Shown in pieces: positions 11,111 through 23,790 of a stretch of DNA of 64,000 nucleotides (its first letter is position 1; each line of letters starts with the position of its first letter). A program made the position numbers and the translations under genes. This stretch comes from Octopus sinensis (lineage: Eukaryota), in the NCBI RefSeq assembly GCF_006345805.1, contig NC_043000.1, forward strand, positions 50,716,001-50,780,000. Direction: 5' to 3'. The notes beneath the pieces were generated by a model that did not search any database, had not been told where the DNA came from, and saw only the letters and a list, made by a program, of their open reading frames with translations.

Positions 11111-12764
11111 TGAAATCCTAAAAGCATTAGGTTTATACCTATACACTCATCAGGCCCTGCTCCTGTACCCAATCTCTCCACTTCAGATTTTCTCTACAGT
11201 CATCTTCCTTATACCCATCTCTCCATCACTCTTCTAACAATGACACTATTCAGCTGCTGTAATCATATGACAGCAGAATTTGTGCTTATTTCTTCCCTTT
11301 CGAATTACTAGTCACCTTCCCTTCTCCTTGGAACCACTTCCTTTAACGTTCATCCCTCATTCTCAATATTTTCCTATTTTATTCTTCCCTGATCACTTTT
11401 TTCTGTTCCTCCAGTGCCCAAATTTGAAACCAGTATTTCCCCTTACTTCAACTCCACATATCATCCTATGTTCCACCTAATTTCTGGCCCACTGATGCAC
11501 AGTTAACCACTTCTCTCCCACTCTGTATATGTCTATTTCACATATATATATATGCATGCATGTGTGTGTGACAGTCATTTATGACACTTATAACATCATA
11601 TTCCCTTTTATTTCATTTTGTAGTAGTATTTGCCATTATTCTATTACATTAAACTACATTATTTATTGCAAAATAAAATGAAAGTGAATATAACAGCACA
11701 TATGTAAATTTTAAGTAGCTATCACAACTATGTCTCTATGCAATTGTTTCAGTTTCAATAAATAATCTAAGATCAATTGCCAATCAAATCACAAGTCTGC
11801 AGTTTAAAACGAATGAGCATTCAAATTATGCATGGATGTGGATGGTATACTGTCTCAGTTGCGTGAGTAATGCTCTAGTGTTTGGTGCACATGCACCCTG
11901 TGTAAATTTACTGGTTGCTCACTTAAACCCCAGTCTTTGGAATGCAATATTACCTATGACATATACTTACATATATCAATGAATAGGTCAGTATTAATTT
12001 AGGTAAGGATCATGGTGAGAGAAATAATTAAGCTCTCACAAGTTCACTTAATATGACAGTGTCGTGGCTGAAAAGATCTGTGGAACACACTTTGTGAGAG
12101 TGACCTAACAGGAAGCTGTTCAATATTGGCACAACCTATAAATAGAGAAATTTGCCAGAAGGTTCTTATAACAAATATTAATGAAAGATTTGCTTTTGTT
12201 AAGATCAAAGTTTTCAAGAGATCAAAAACTTTGGTGTGTAATATGAAAGATCATTCACAAATCTTGAAATCTAGTGAAAATGCACAGAATATTATAGTGA
12301 AGATATTGCTGGTAATATAAGCAAGTAGTTCATATAATCCAGTAATGAAGCCTGTATGTAGTCATTCAGCCTATTAGAAACAGCAGCAAAAATCCCTCAA
12401 ATTATACCTTACAATCTTAAAAATAAGTGGATACATTGGATAATGTTCTTATGGGTTCCGTATTCATAAGAGAAGAGCAAGGTGATTATGGCTGAAATGC
12501 TTTTGAATATATGTTTCCTTAATCAGAGTTGAGCTGGAGCTAAACAAATAATCTATAATATTTCTATCACACTTCTATATAGATTTTCATTACAGTAGAT
12601 AATTTTGGAATGATAAGATAATATCATCGGATAATACCTTGAAAAGAATCCTATAGTTATCCTTTCTAATGATTAGGTTAACGATTGACAAACATATAGC
12701 TGTTAGCTTGTGCATTTCTCAAAGAAAATAAAGTTTAATTTAGTCCTCCTCCTTCTCCTCATCA

Positions 12765-12905
12765 TCATTTAATGTCCATTTTCCATACTATTATGGGTTG
12801 GACAGTTTGACAGGAATCTATGTGTCAGAGGACTGCTCCAAGCTCTGTCTGCTTTGGCATGGTTTCTACTGCCTGATACCCTTCTTAATGCCAAACACTT
12901 TGCAG
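12765..12905 (-). mobile_element. (GAT)n-tailed RTE 3'-end / RTE-related SINE fragment
   Basis: catcatcatttaatgtccattttcc...gggttggacag...cccttcttaatgccaa. Confidence 0.6.
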
Positions 12906-13288
12906 AGAGCAAATTTTTCTATGATGTCAGTGTCAGTGAGCAACTGCAAACAAGTAGAATCAGTTGATATGATTGTACCATATTGCTATAGCACTTATTT
13001 CTATACAAGAAGATGAAAGGCAGAGTCAACGTCAGCAAGAGTTTGAACTTTGAATGTAAACACATTCAACTAGATATCACAAATCCTTTTATTCAATATT
13101 CTGTAGAGTTTGCTATAGAACAGTGATGACCAGTCTTGGCCATCAGTGGAACTTGGATCCCTAAGCAGAAACTGAACTTGAACAAAAAGTGGTGAAACAG
13201 ATACAAGGAGGATCTTGCTATCCACTTCCTGACATGCAGCTCACAAGACTTCAGAAGTCTTCCATGAATTATGTAGTCTTGTGCACAG

Positions 13289-14300
13289 CATGGTTATTTC
13301 ACATGCTGTGCCATGAAAAGAGAACCCCGTAGAAAGCTCTGTGATGATTGTAACATCGATCATCGAAGCAGTTTATCATTGACCAATAGTCAGATTACTA
13401 CCTCCCACTTTGAAGGGTATGCATTTGCAATCCAGGAACAGGAAATATCAACCAAGTACTTGATGCACAAAAGGGATAGAGATGCAGGAAAAGCAATAAA
13501 ATGTGACAACCAATGCAAATTTTGTGAAGTTCACACTGAAGATATCACCCTCATCATAAGCAGTTGCCCGAAAATGTCATCACAGTATTGTCTGCCGATG
13601 AGACATGATGTTGTAGCTAGGATACTCTTCAATGAAATCTGTTGGAAGGATAATCCAGAGGACACAGAAATAAGAACCCACAATATGGTAGAAGCTATAG
13701 CCACACATAATGTGTGGAATGTACCAGTGAAGACCTCAATGAAATGTAAGCACAACAGACCTGATATAATTACTTGGGATAGAGAAGAAAACTGTGCACA
13801 GTTGTGGAAATTAGCTGCCCAGTGGATGTTAACAGTGAAAAAGAGTACACCTATGCTGAACTATTGAGAAATCTGCAATTACTCTATCCAGATTACAAGT
13901 TTAGGTTTATACCTGTAATTATTGGAGCCCTGGGATATGCAACACACTGCTTAAATACAAATCTTGAGAAATTAGTCTCTTCAAAACCATAAAGCAGAAA
14001 GCTAATTCGATGACTACAGATCCAATCCATCACTGAAACAGTAAAAATCTGTGAAAACTTTCCTGAAGATTATCCTTTAAATATATATGAGCATGTCTAG
14101 ATATGCAACTATATGCATGAGGATGCATACATAAAACATACAAATCTGCATGCACACACACACACACAGACACACACACAAACAAACAAATTACCCTGTT
14201 GTTGATGTTGAAATTACAATGAAGGAACCTTGGATCAAGGTTAGATACTGGTTCTTTCTCTATTGGCAAGAAATCTTAGAATAAACTGAACAACGACATA
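13289..14300 (+). mobile_element. 5'-truncated R4/Dong-like (REL endonuclease) non-LTR retrotransposon fragment with 3' UTR
   Basis: HGYF, AIQEQEISTKY, decayed CCHC knuckle CKFC(x8)LIISSC, RHDVVAR, RPDI, frameshift into EISCP, FIPVIIGALG; ORFs 13313-13867 and 13804-13992. Confidence 0.85.
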
Positions 14301-14301
14301 C

Positions 14302-14303
14302 AT

Positions 14304-14334
<31 letters not shown>

Positions 14335-14370
14335 TTATTATTATCATCATTATTTTTATTATTATTTTTA
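14302..14370. repeat. (ATT)n microsatellite abutting the LINE 3' end
   Basis: attattattatt... directly after aacgacatacat. Confidence 0.85.
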
Positions 14371-14956
14371 ATTGCTTTTAGTATGAACTTTTATGAAGAT
14401 TTATATACTGCAATTAAAACATTTATTTATTTACAATCTTATGATAATTAGTTTAATTTACTAATTTATTGAAATCATTATTACTATAGCTAAATCAAAT
14501 TAAAATATCCTTGATTAAAGTTTTTGATTACTCCCTGGGAATCATTTATATACCAGTTGTATGCAGTGTTTAGGGTTACTAGATTGCTTCTTGGTAATGT
14601 ATTCAGACACATGATAAATAAAATATTTGATAAACCATCATTAGAATCTAAAATGTTTTCTCGAGGTGGGTAATTATGATGTTAATGATTATGATATTAA
14701 TAATAATAAATAACCCATGTAATCTGTCAAAACTGTTAGAAGAAGCTGAGATTACAAATTTATATATATATTATTGCATGATTTTTTCCCTGTAGAAATT
14801 CGTTCATAATTACATAAATTTCCTAAATATTAAATATTATAAACTCAATCTCTCTTTTCCTTACATTCCCTATATGTGTGACTTAACACTCAGACACTCA
14901 TGCATATATACATACACATGTATACTTGTATGTGCACATATTTATGTGTGTGTGAG

Positions 14957-14988
<32 letters not shown>

Positions 14989-15271
14989 GTGTAATATGAG
15001 ATATGTGTTTTCATTTTGTCATTCAAATCAGTGTGTTTATGTAATAAGGTAAATTTTGATTCAAATGATTGAAATTAATGAAAGCAAATTATGTCAAATT
15101 AATTTGTTTCTCTTCCTGCTCTCTTAATATTCACTCAAGTTATATTTAATTTTATATGTGTAAATCTAAATATTTTATTATTAGTATTTTAGGTATATTA
15201 AATATAGATACATAGATACACACATCATAGTCATAAATCATCTGTTTTACGTGTCTGTGTGTGTGTATGTG

Positions 15272-15339
<68 letters not shown>

Positions 15340-15524
15340 AAATGGATCTCACTCATAATTCCTGAGCATTAGTTTTCAGTTGTTAGATCAACAGAAATAC
15401 AAAGTACATTGTATTAGCATGTAAGTGGTTAAATATCCCATGGACATATTAAACTTAAATCCCAAGTTTAATATGAAATCAACACAGTTTGACAAGGCTG
15501 GACCAATACATACATACATATAAT

Positions 15525-15566
<42 letters not shown>

Positions 15567-16199
15567 GTGTGTGTGTATATATATATATATATATGAGGAT
15601 AATTTTATAACTTCATTAAACCAAAAAGTAATTTTGTTAAACCAAAGAATAAAATTAAGACTGCAGCTGGAAGTGCTCGGGTGACATTGAGGCGAAGGGA
15701 GAAATAAATTGAAAGGTATAATTAATAAATGCGCCAATTGGTCAAAACAACTCTATAACATTCCCATATTATCATAAATCAAATGCAAATACATATTAAA
15801 ATAACAGGGCATCTAATGGTAAAAACCGAAGAGTATAAAATATACACATATATATGAATAAAAGGTGATAAAACCTGAAAGGGTAATATGAGTGAAGTCA
15901 AATGAAGAAGAATATATGGATTAAATTAATGCATAATAAAAGCGACTAAAAATTTAAGGCAATGAAACCAAGATAATATATACATAAATATACAAATATA
16001 AAATTAAAGGGCAAAGTGATAACCAGAAAAGAGTCTGTTCAAATGCATTTCTGGTCATTTCAAAGTAGGCATCATCTTTTGGGTGCTCTGATGTTTTAAT
16101 ATGTATTTATATTTGATTTATGATAATATGGTAATGTTATAAAGTTCTTTTGACCAATTGGAGTGTTTATTCATTATAGCTTTCAATACATGTGTGTGT

Positions 16200-16420
16200 G
16201 TGCCGGTGGTACGTTAAAAGCACCAACCAATCGTGACCGATGCCAGACTCCCCTGGCACGTAAAAAGCACCCACTACACTCACAGAGTGGTTGGCGTTAG
16301 GAAGGGCATCCAGCTGTAGAAACACTGCCAGATCAGACTGGAGCCTGGTGCAGCCTCTGTCTTCCCAGACCCCGGTTGAACCGTCCAACCCATGCTAGTG
16401 TGGAAAACGGACGTTAAATG
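16200..16420 (+). mobile_element. RTE 3'-UTR / RTE-related SINE copy
   Basis: ggcacgtaaaaagcacccactacactc...gagtggttggcgttaggaagggcatccagctgtagaaa...cccatgctag...gacgttaaatg. Confidence 0.75.
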
Positions 16421-16473
16421 AAAAAAAAAAATATATATATATATACATAAGTATAAACAAAATAGAATGTGTG

Positions 16474-16505
<32 letters not shown>

Positions 16506-16752
16506 TACATACACACACACACACTCATAAGTCATATTTAAATTTAAAATTTAGATAGGAGACTTTAAAGTGTAGTATCCAAACCTTGTTTTGGGCATGT
16601 CCCAAGTAGCGTTCCTGCAGAGCCCATTCACCACTTACAACTACCAGGCATCATCCACAATACTGCACTTTTGTTGCAGTATCTATGTAAGGGATTCCTT
16701 GGTGCATGTTCAGCATTTCTTAAATGAATGCTACAGAAGACAGAGTGTAGTG

Positions 16753-16992
16753 AAAGCTTTATTAAGCACAACGATAATTTTGGCTTACTTCTGCTCTGCC
16801 CTCTAGTGGGTGAGGAATGATATAATGGATTTGAATATTCCCCATAGTGCAGAAGAAATCTCCCCAACTTATGTAACCTGAGGAGGTTTCTTATGCCCTG
16901 CATGGTGCATTCGATTCCATTATAGCTTTCCCCAGCCACTAGGGAGCAGTGCAGAAGTAAGCTAAAATGATCGCTGTGCTTAATAAAGCTTT
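16753..16992. mobile_element. MITE-like element with ~60-bp terminal inverted repeats
   Basis: aaagctttattaagcacaacgataattttggcttacttctgctctgccctctagtgg versus the reverse complement of 16931-16992, about 8 mismatches; no TSD recognised. Confidence 0.6.
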
Positions 16993-17287
16993 GGCATTAT
17001 GTCCTGCTTGACAAAAAGACCCATCAAGCCAAGCAAAATCACAGTCATAGCAGATACCGGTGTCACGCAAATTGGCACCCGTGCATGTATCCGCACCCCG
17101 GTGTCATGCAAATGGCATCCATACCAGTGGAATGTAAAATCACCCATTACACTCTTGGAGTGGTTGGCATTAGGAAGGGCATCCAGCTGTAGAAAACCTT
17201 GCCAAATTAAACTGGAGTCTGATGCCAATCCAGTCAAACCGTTGAACCCATGCCAGCATGGACAATGGAAGTTAAATGATGATGATG
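16993..17287 (+). mobile_element. RTE 3' end including the decayed ORF terminus and 3' UTR
   Basis: tgcttgacaaaaagacccatcaagccaag (AVLEKTRQAK-like) runs into the same UTR and (GAT)n tail as the other copies. Confidence 0.65.
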
Positions 17288-18525
17288 TATATAAATGTGT
17301 GTATATGTGTTTTACTTTCTCCTTGTCCTGACCTGGTGCTTCAGTAATAAATGGGTGTTACTGACATACAAGTCGTGTCCTTTATTGCCAGTCTTACATT
17401 GAAATATGCTTGGCCCATGGGAAAAATGACCTTACTTGAAAACATCTAAGGGATGGTGGTAGTAAGATCATCTAACCATAGAAAATCTCTCTCACCAAAT
17501 TCTGTCTGACCCATGCAAGCATGGAAAAGTGCATGCTAAAGAGCAAAATAATGATGATCCTTTTAGTTGGGAAATATCTTCTGAAAATATGTTTTAGTAT
17601 AAGAGGATGATGAACAAATAAAAGTAATATAGGTATTACTTATTTTGGAAATTTGTGTATATTTATCTATTTATATTTGATGCATGTGTGTACACTTAGA
17701 TATATTTCTTGTACACATATGCTCATTTCCTTTTTTATTTACCTTTCTCTCTTCTTTCCCTTCTTCCTTTCTTATATATTTTGAATGTCACCACTCTGGT
17801 TATCTGCCTTGAGCTTTCATTAAAATTTCACTCTATATGTCTGTGTGTATTTCTTCATAGACACATGATTTTCATGTTGTTTGGATTTTTTTTATTCGTT
17901 TGGTAATTCAAAGCTTGCAACATATTACATCTTGTCTTTGTTAACTTTTATTTTTCGTTTTTAATGAACTTTTTTATTTTCTATCATTGGGAAAACCTGA
18001 AATAGATATATAATAGCAGGTACTATGATGCAATAATACATGCTTCAAATCATGAATTTTACTACTGACTTTTTACTGATAAGGTAACCCCCCCACACAC
18101 ACACATACACTGTTCATACATCTATAGTGAGTAGTGTCATGAGGTAGTATCAGTCAAACCATTTTTAATGGAAAACCTAGATTCTTACAAAAAAAAAATC
18201 TCTTGACTTGAAGTATGGTTGGTTGTCTTATAAATTTAATATCTCACAATTTGATTCTATCATCTATCCTATTAACTAGCAGTGTGTAGTGGTTGTTGAC
18301 ATAGGCTGTGCTCTGGAGCAGGGCATAGTACTCTGGTATAAGTATGAACAAACGAACTTTAAGCTATTTCCTAATATTAAACAAATTCACCTGAGATAAT
18401 CTTTGTTTTTTTTTATATCTGTACTTTTAGATTTGAATGCAAATTGAGAACAGATTTTATAATGATATTGCAAGAATAGGATTGTTATAAAGAAAATTAA
18501 TCGTTGCTGAATGTGTGGTACTTAC

Positions 18526-18549
18526 CTTGGATACCTCCAATGTGTATGC
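18526..18549 (-). CDS. Candidate 24-nt microexon (unverified)
   Basis: gacag|GCATACACATTGGAGGTATCCAAG|gtaagt; all three frames open; weak polypyrimidine tract. Confidence 0.15.
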
Positions 18550-18824
18550 CTGTCATATAGAACAGTTATATTTTCTTTTTAAAACTTCTTCACATGCATT
18601 TACAAAACAATTATAAAATACTTAGTGTGTCAGATGCCTTTGAATATTTAAAAGTTTAATATATTAAAAATCTGTTCTAAAAGAAATTATGTATTGTATT
18701 AAATTTAATTAATTAACTTGTAGTTTGAGTGAATATGGAAATATTTCTTCACAAGATAGAGAGCATGACACCTAAGTAAAAAGGCTTACAATAAATACCC
18801 TGAGTATGAAGCACAAACTATTAA

Positions 18825-19039
18825 CTCTTTAACATTTAAACTGGCCATATCTGACCGAAATATTGTACCTATTTTCTGTTCTAATTAGTCAGATTTGGCC
18901 CCTCACATCTCCCCTACAATGTCATTCTAAAGAAATGACATCATCAAAATCGCAAAACTATGAAGTAATGCATGAATAATTCAAAACAATGTGAATAAAT
19001 AAACATCATATTTGACGGAGTAATCGGAATGGTTAAGAG
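18825..19039. mobile_element. piggyBac-like MITE
   Basis: TTAA at 18821-18824 and 19040-19043; TIR ctctttaacatt / aatggttaagag; related to 39589-40226. Confidence 0.7.
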
Positions 19040-22000
19040 TTAAACAAAATTAGCTTACAGGTGCAATATATAGATCATCATGAACTGTGTTACTCCTACT
19101 TCATTTTGCATCTGCTGTGCCACAAAACACCAATAGACTAAAGAAATATGGGAGACAACATTTTCAACATCCATAAAAAGCTGCTCATAGACTATAACAT
19201 TTAATTGTAAAATTAAATTAGGGAAATTTAAAAGCAATCTAGTGTGTGCGGTTTTAAACATATAAATGGTTACGCCTTTATTGCAGGGAAATCTGAATTA
19301 TAACAGAATTATATCGTTATTAGTAAAGGTACAGTGATCCACTATCTGAATCATTTTTAGTAATTTATGGCTGAATGACATTAAAGGCATTCAGTCAAAA
19401 AATTTAACTATTTGCATGCAAGTTCAAACATGTAAAACAAGCTAATCTTTAATAATAAAAGAGAAAGATTCATATTACAAGTATATTATTTGCATATTTA
19501 TTTTTATGCTTAATTTGTTCAAAATTTTCAGATTTATTTCTTAAGTAAAATGTTATACTTGACATCCTCTGACATTTAGCTTGAGTTTTACAAATTAAAA
19601 TCTTCTGAGTTCATGAAAATACAATATTTTAAAATTCTAGAGTAGGTGTTTAAATTGATATTGGTTTATTGTTGCTCTCGTAATCTAGATTAGATATTAA
19701 GATGACTTAGAAATTATGTTGATACATTTTTATTTTATTTCAGTTCTCATCATGTGCATGAAGGTGTTAGCTTCAAATTGAATTGAAAGTTATTTATTTC
19801 TTTTTCCCTACCTCAACAGATGTTTGTGAAAACTTTTGTTGACTGTTGCCTTAGCTGATTCCAATCAAAATAACATAAGTTAAATAGATAAACATTCTAC
19901 TTGAGATTTTCTCAGAACAGAAACTTTACAACAAATAATGAAATAATTTGAATATTCTGATGAAAGATTGTAAACAGAATACTTGAATTTAACTTTTATC
20001 TTTGTATATTTTTTTAATGAAAACTATTCTTGTAAGCATATTATTAATTGTATTTCTAATGCAAACACAAACATACACATCAAATATATGACCATGCACA
20101 TGCTCACACACATGCACACAGCATACACACAGATTACATATTGAGTTTTAGTTTATTCTTTGCTGTCTTATATTTTCTGCTATTTATTGAAAATTGAAGT
20201 CATTCACAATAAAAACTTAATTATTTGTCATTATTGAATCTAGTTTCTTGTTGGTAAAACACTTCTTTTAATTCCAAAACAATCTATAATTGATATTGTA
20301 ATGAATTCAATTAGAGTAGTTAATTGACTTTAATGTTATTTAATCTTTGATGTGACTTATATTTAAAAATAAAGACAAAAGTCTGTCCAATTTCTGTTAA
20401 GTTGTTTGGAATACTCAGTTTTATTACTTGGTTGTATTAGACTTTGGACAATCAATAAAATTAACACTTATATATCTTACTAAAAACACTACCTTCTACA
20501 CAGCAGTGTGTTGTGTATCAACACCATCATTCACCTCATGAAACATCCAGCCTCCTAACAATTAGGAGTCATTATTTTTACCTGTTTGTTAGCTTGATTG
20601 ATTGTTTAAGTGTCTGTCTTAGTATCTTAGAAACTAATGAAGCTAAGAAGTCCAAAAGTTTTATGAATGATTACTAAGTAAACAAAAAACAAGTAATATT
20701 TGTCTTGAAATTTGGCTTTTTTAGCAATTTATTTGGTTGTTAAACTGTCTTCATGTTGCCAATATATTTTATGAAAAGGTAAATCAGTTACAAAGCACAA
20801 CTTATAGCATACACAGGCACATATGAAAACACTTCCCTTCACATACTGGTTTCCTTTCCTATGTTTGTTATAAATTATAGCTAGAAGTGAAAATACATTT
20901 GTATAGTAATCACATATACAGAGTGAGAAAAAATTACTCTTGGTTTCATTTGTTAACGTGTTGGTTGATATTGGGTTGATTATTTCTTCATATAATGTCA
21001 CAGTATGGAAGTGCAGTATACATCAAATATAACACTACTTGTTATAAAAATTGCCCACAAATTTCCATTATATATAGGTGCAGGTGTGTCTATTTTCTTT
21101 CCATGTGTATTCATGCATAACAATATGAATTAGATGTAGAGTTATTTGAATTTGTACCACCTGATACTTTTGCATGCAGGTCTGTCTGTTTATCTGTCTA
21201 TGTGTGTATATGAGTGTGTATTTTAGTATGTGATTGTGGCGTGTGTAAAATATACACTTACTCACACACAAAACTACAGAGAGGAAACTTGTGAATTGGT
21301 CGGTCCAAAACCTATAGGTAAAAGCTTTATTGTTCACAAAAACGCATGATATAAAATATAAAAATATGTATAAAATAACTGGTTGGTAGTGATTTTCTCT
21401 TAGATCATAGCTCGAACTTTTCTGCCATATGGCTGTATTTTTTCTATGACAAAGTATTTTCCATATTCCTCTGCTTTATGCTGTTCATTGTGAAAATGTC
21501 CATTTTTTTCTTCAAGTTGAGTGTCAACCAGTTACACATATTCTAGAAACTACATGCAAATTTTAGTTCTGCTTATATTTCATAGTGATATAAACCCAGT
21601 CACTTTTGATGGGTACTATTCATGTTTGTATGCATATAAATATATAAGTAAATGTGTGTATATATGATTCCACATGCATGATATATGCATATATATATAT
21701 ATATTTGAAAATATATGATTACATATAAGAGTAAATGCATACACATGTTGGGAATTACATGCATATATGTGTGTATATAATCCATTTTCCTTTGTTTGAT
21801 ATATTTCTGTTAGACTGTGCAAGGCTGGTTATTATGACAGTGAGATTTCAAAGCAAATCTCTTTGTATGAGTAAATCAACAATGCCTCTTCACTATTGAA
21901 GCTTAAAATAATGGTCATAAATGATATCCAGTTCCAGCAGTGATACAAAGATTATATGTCATTCCTATGTCAAATTATGAGATATCCAGCCATAATAATT

Positions 22001-22659
22001 TTGTATGACCAGCTTCATATCTTTGTCTTTTTGTCAGAAATTCATTATTTGTTCTAAAGATCTTTGCCATTGTCATTGATGTCATCATCATTTTAATACT
22101 TCTTCAATTATGCTAGTATGAGTCAGAAGAGTTTGCCCAATAACATTTCATACTGGTTTGAATGTCCATCATGTACTGATGGTAAATATTAATTTTGGTC
22201 GCATACATTATGTGCTAATATTTTACTTAATTTGGAGCAATTTTGTTTCTTTTGCCAATTGTGCTATGAAGCAATATTAACTACGACAAGGGACAGGGCC
22301 TTTTTTTTCCATGAGAGGTGAAAATATCTTCAGCATATTTGATATTAGAACTTAATTTTGCAAACACTGATAGATGATTGATCTTTATAAGAGATAACCC
22401 AAAGCAGAGATTCATATATGACCTACATTTTGGTATACTGGTATATATGCCAAATTGTTTCATTAGATTACTGGAATAACAATAACAATAATGATTGTAA
22501 AAATGGTAATAGTAATTATTACTTGGGAAAAATACCACAATTTTGCTAGATTGAAATATAACCAATTTATTAACAAATGTTGGTGATTAGTATTTATTTT
22601 ATTGAGTCTAGTTAAATGAAATGCAATGTAGACCAGGGTAGAATAAGAGGAGCCATCAA

Positions 22660-22830
22660 CATTCAACAACCATTTTCCATACTGCCATGGGTTTGAAGGT
22701 TTGTCAGCATCTGGTGAGTTGCAATGCTACATTAGGCTCCAATGTCAGTTTTGACATGGTTTCTATGTCTGGATTCTCTTCCTAATGCCAACTACTTTAC
22801 AGAGTATATTGGGTGGTTTTTTCATGCAAA
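22660..22830 (-). mobile_element. Degenerate RTE-related SINE fragment
   Basis: ttttccatactgccatgggtt...ctggattctcttcctaatgccaactac. Confidence 0.5.
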
Positions 22831-23599
22831 AAAGAAGAGAGAGAGTAAAAGGAAAAAGTTCTTACTACTAAGTGGAGAGAATTTGATAGGTGAACTTATG
22901 CCAGATGTTAGAAGACTAAAGTAAGATAGAGAGATGAGTACTTGTAACTTGCTATAGAGGAAATATATGTCTACCCCATATTATATTTAGTTGTAGGTGA
23001 GAGTAGTTGAAAAGAAGATAAAAGGAAGGCATTGAAGCAGTGCCAAAGCAAACTCTTAATGTTCAAGGGGAGCAGCTAATGCTGAAAGGGTATCTGGAGC
23101 ATCCACATTGAAATTTAAAACCATTTAAAATGTTTAAAAAAAGTCAATAATTTGCTGCTCAATAACATTTCTGCGTTTAACATTGATAATTTACTAAGAG
23201 CAATCTGAGGGTTATATATTATTTGCAACTTTGGAACAGATCATTATATATTAATCCAATATGATATATTCAACAGTCTATGAAATATCAAGTTGATGTC
23301 TTTAATGTCATCAGTTTCACGTGTATCTCATCTGTCTGTTTTCCTTTTCCTATTTCCTCTTGTGACAAAAATCAGCTGAAAGTTTGTCTCATTTACTAAT
23401 TGTGACCTTATACTTTGATATGTTAATTTGCTCTTTCTTGTTGTTAATACAACAGTTCTATACATTTGCTATCATATGTTTTTGAGTCATAAGTCTGTTG
23501 TGAAAGATCTCAGAAATTAAAAATATATATATATATATATTACAATTGCTGTATAAAAAATAATGGTAATTATTTCAATTTTCTTTTAAATTTATTGTG

Positions 23600-23790
23600 T
23601 AATCAGTCGCGTATCTGTGTAAGTTCCTAAATAGTAGGACAAAGACTTTTACCACTCTTAAAAGGCAGTGAATTAGAGGAGTCATTACAGTGCTTGATAA
23701 AATATCTTGCAGTATATGTTCTGATTCTTTGCAATCTTAGTTCAACTTGCACTAAGGTCAACTTTGCCCTTTGAATGAATACTTATGTAC
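23600..23790 (-). mobile_element. Degenerate Nin/Deu-domain SINE
   Basis: ggtcaactttgccc and flanking head-like sequence. Confidence 0.45.

Noticed and set aside
18248-18332. Minus-strand exon candidate EYYALLQSTAYVNNHYTLL, phase-compatible with the 24-nt microexon
   Set aside because: The glutaredoxin-like GxHIGG resemblance of the joined peptide is too weak, and the GC-rich part may be an old repeat; kept only as a neighbour in the exon finding
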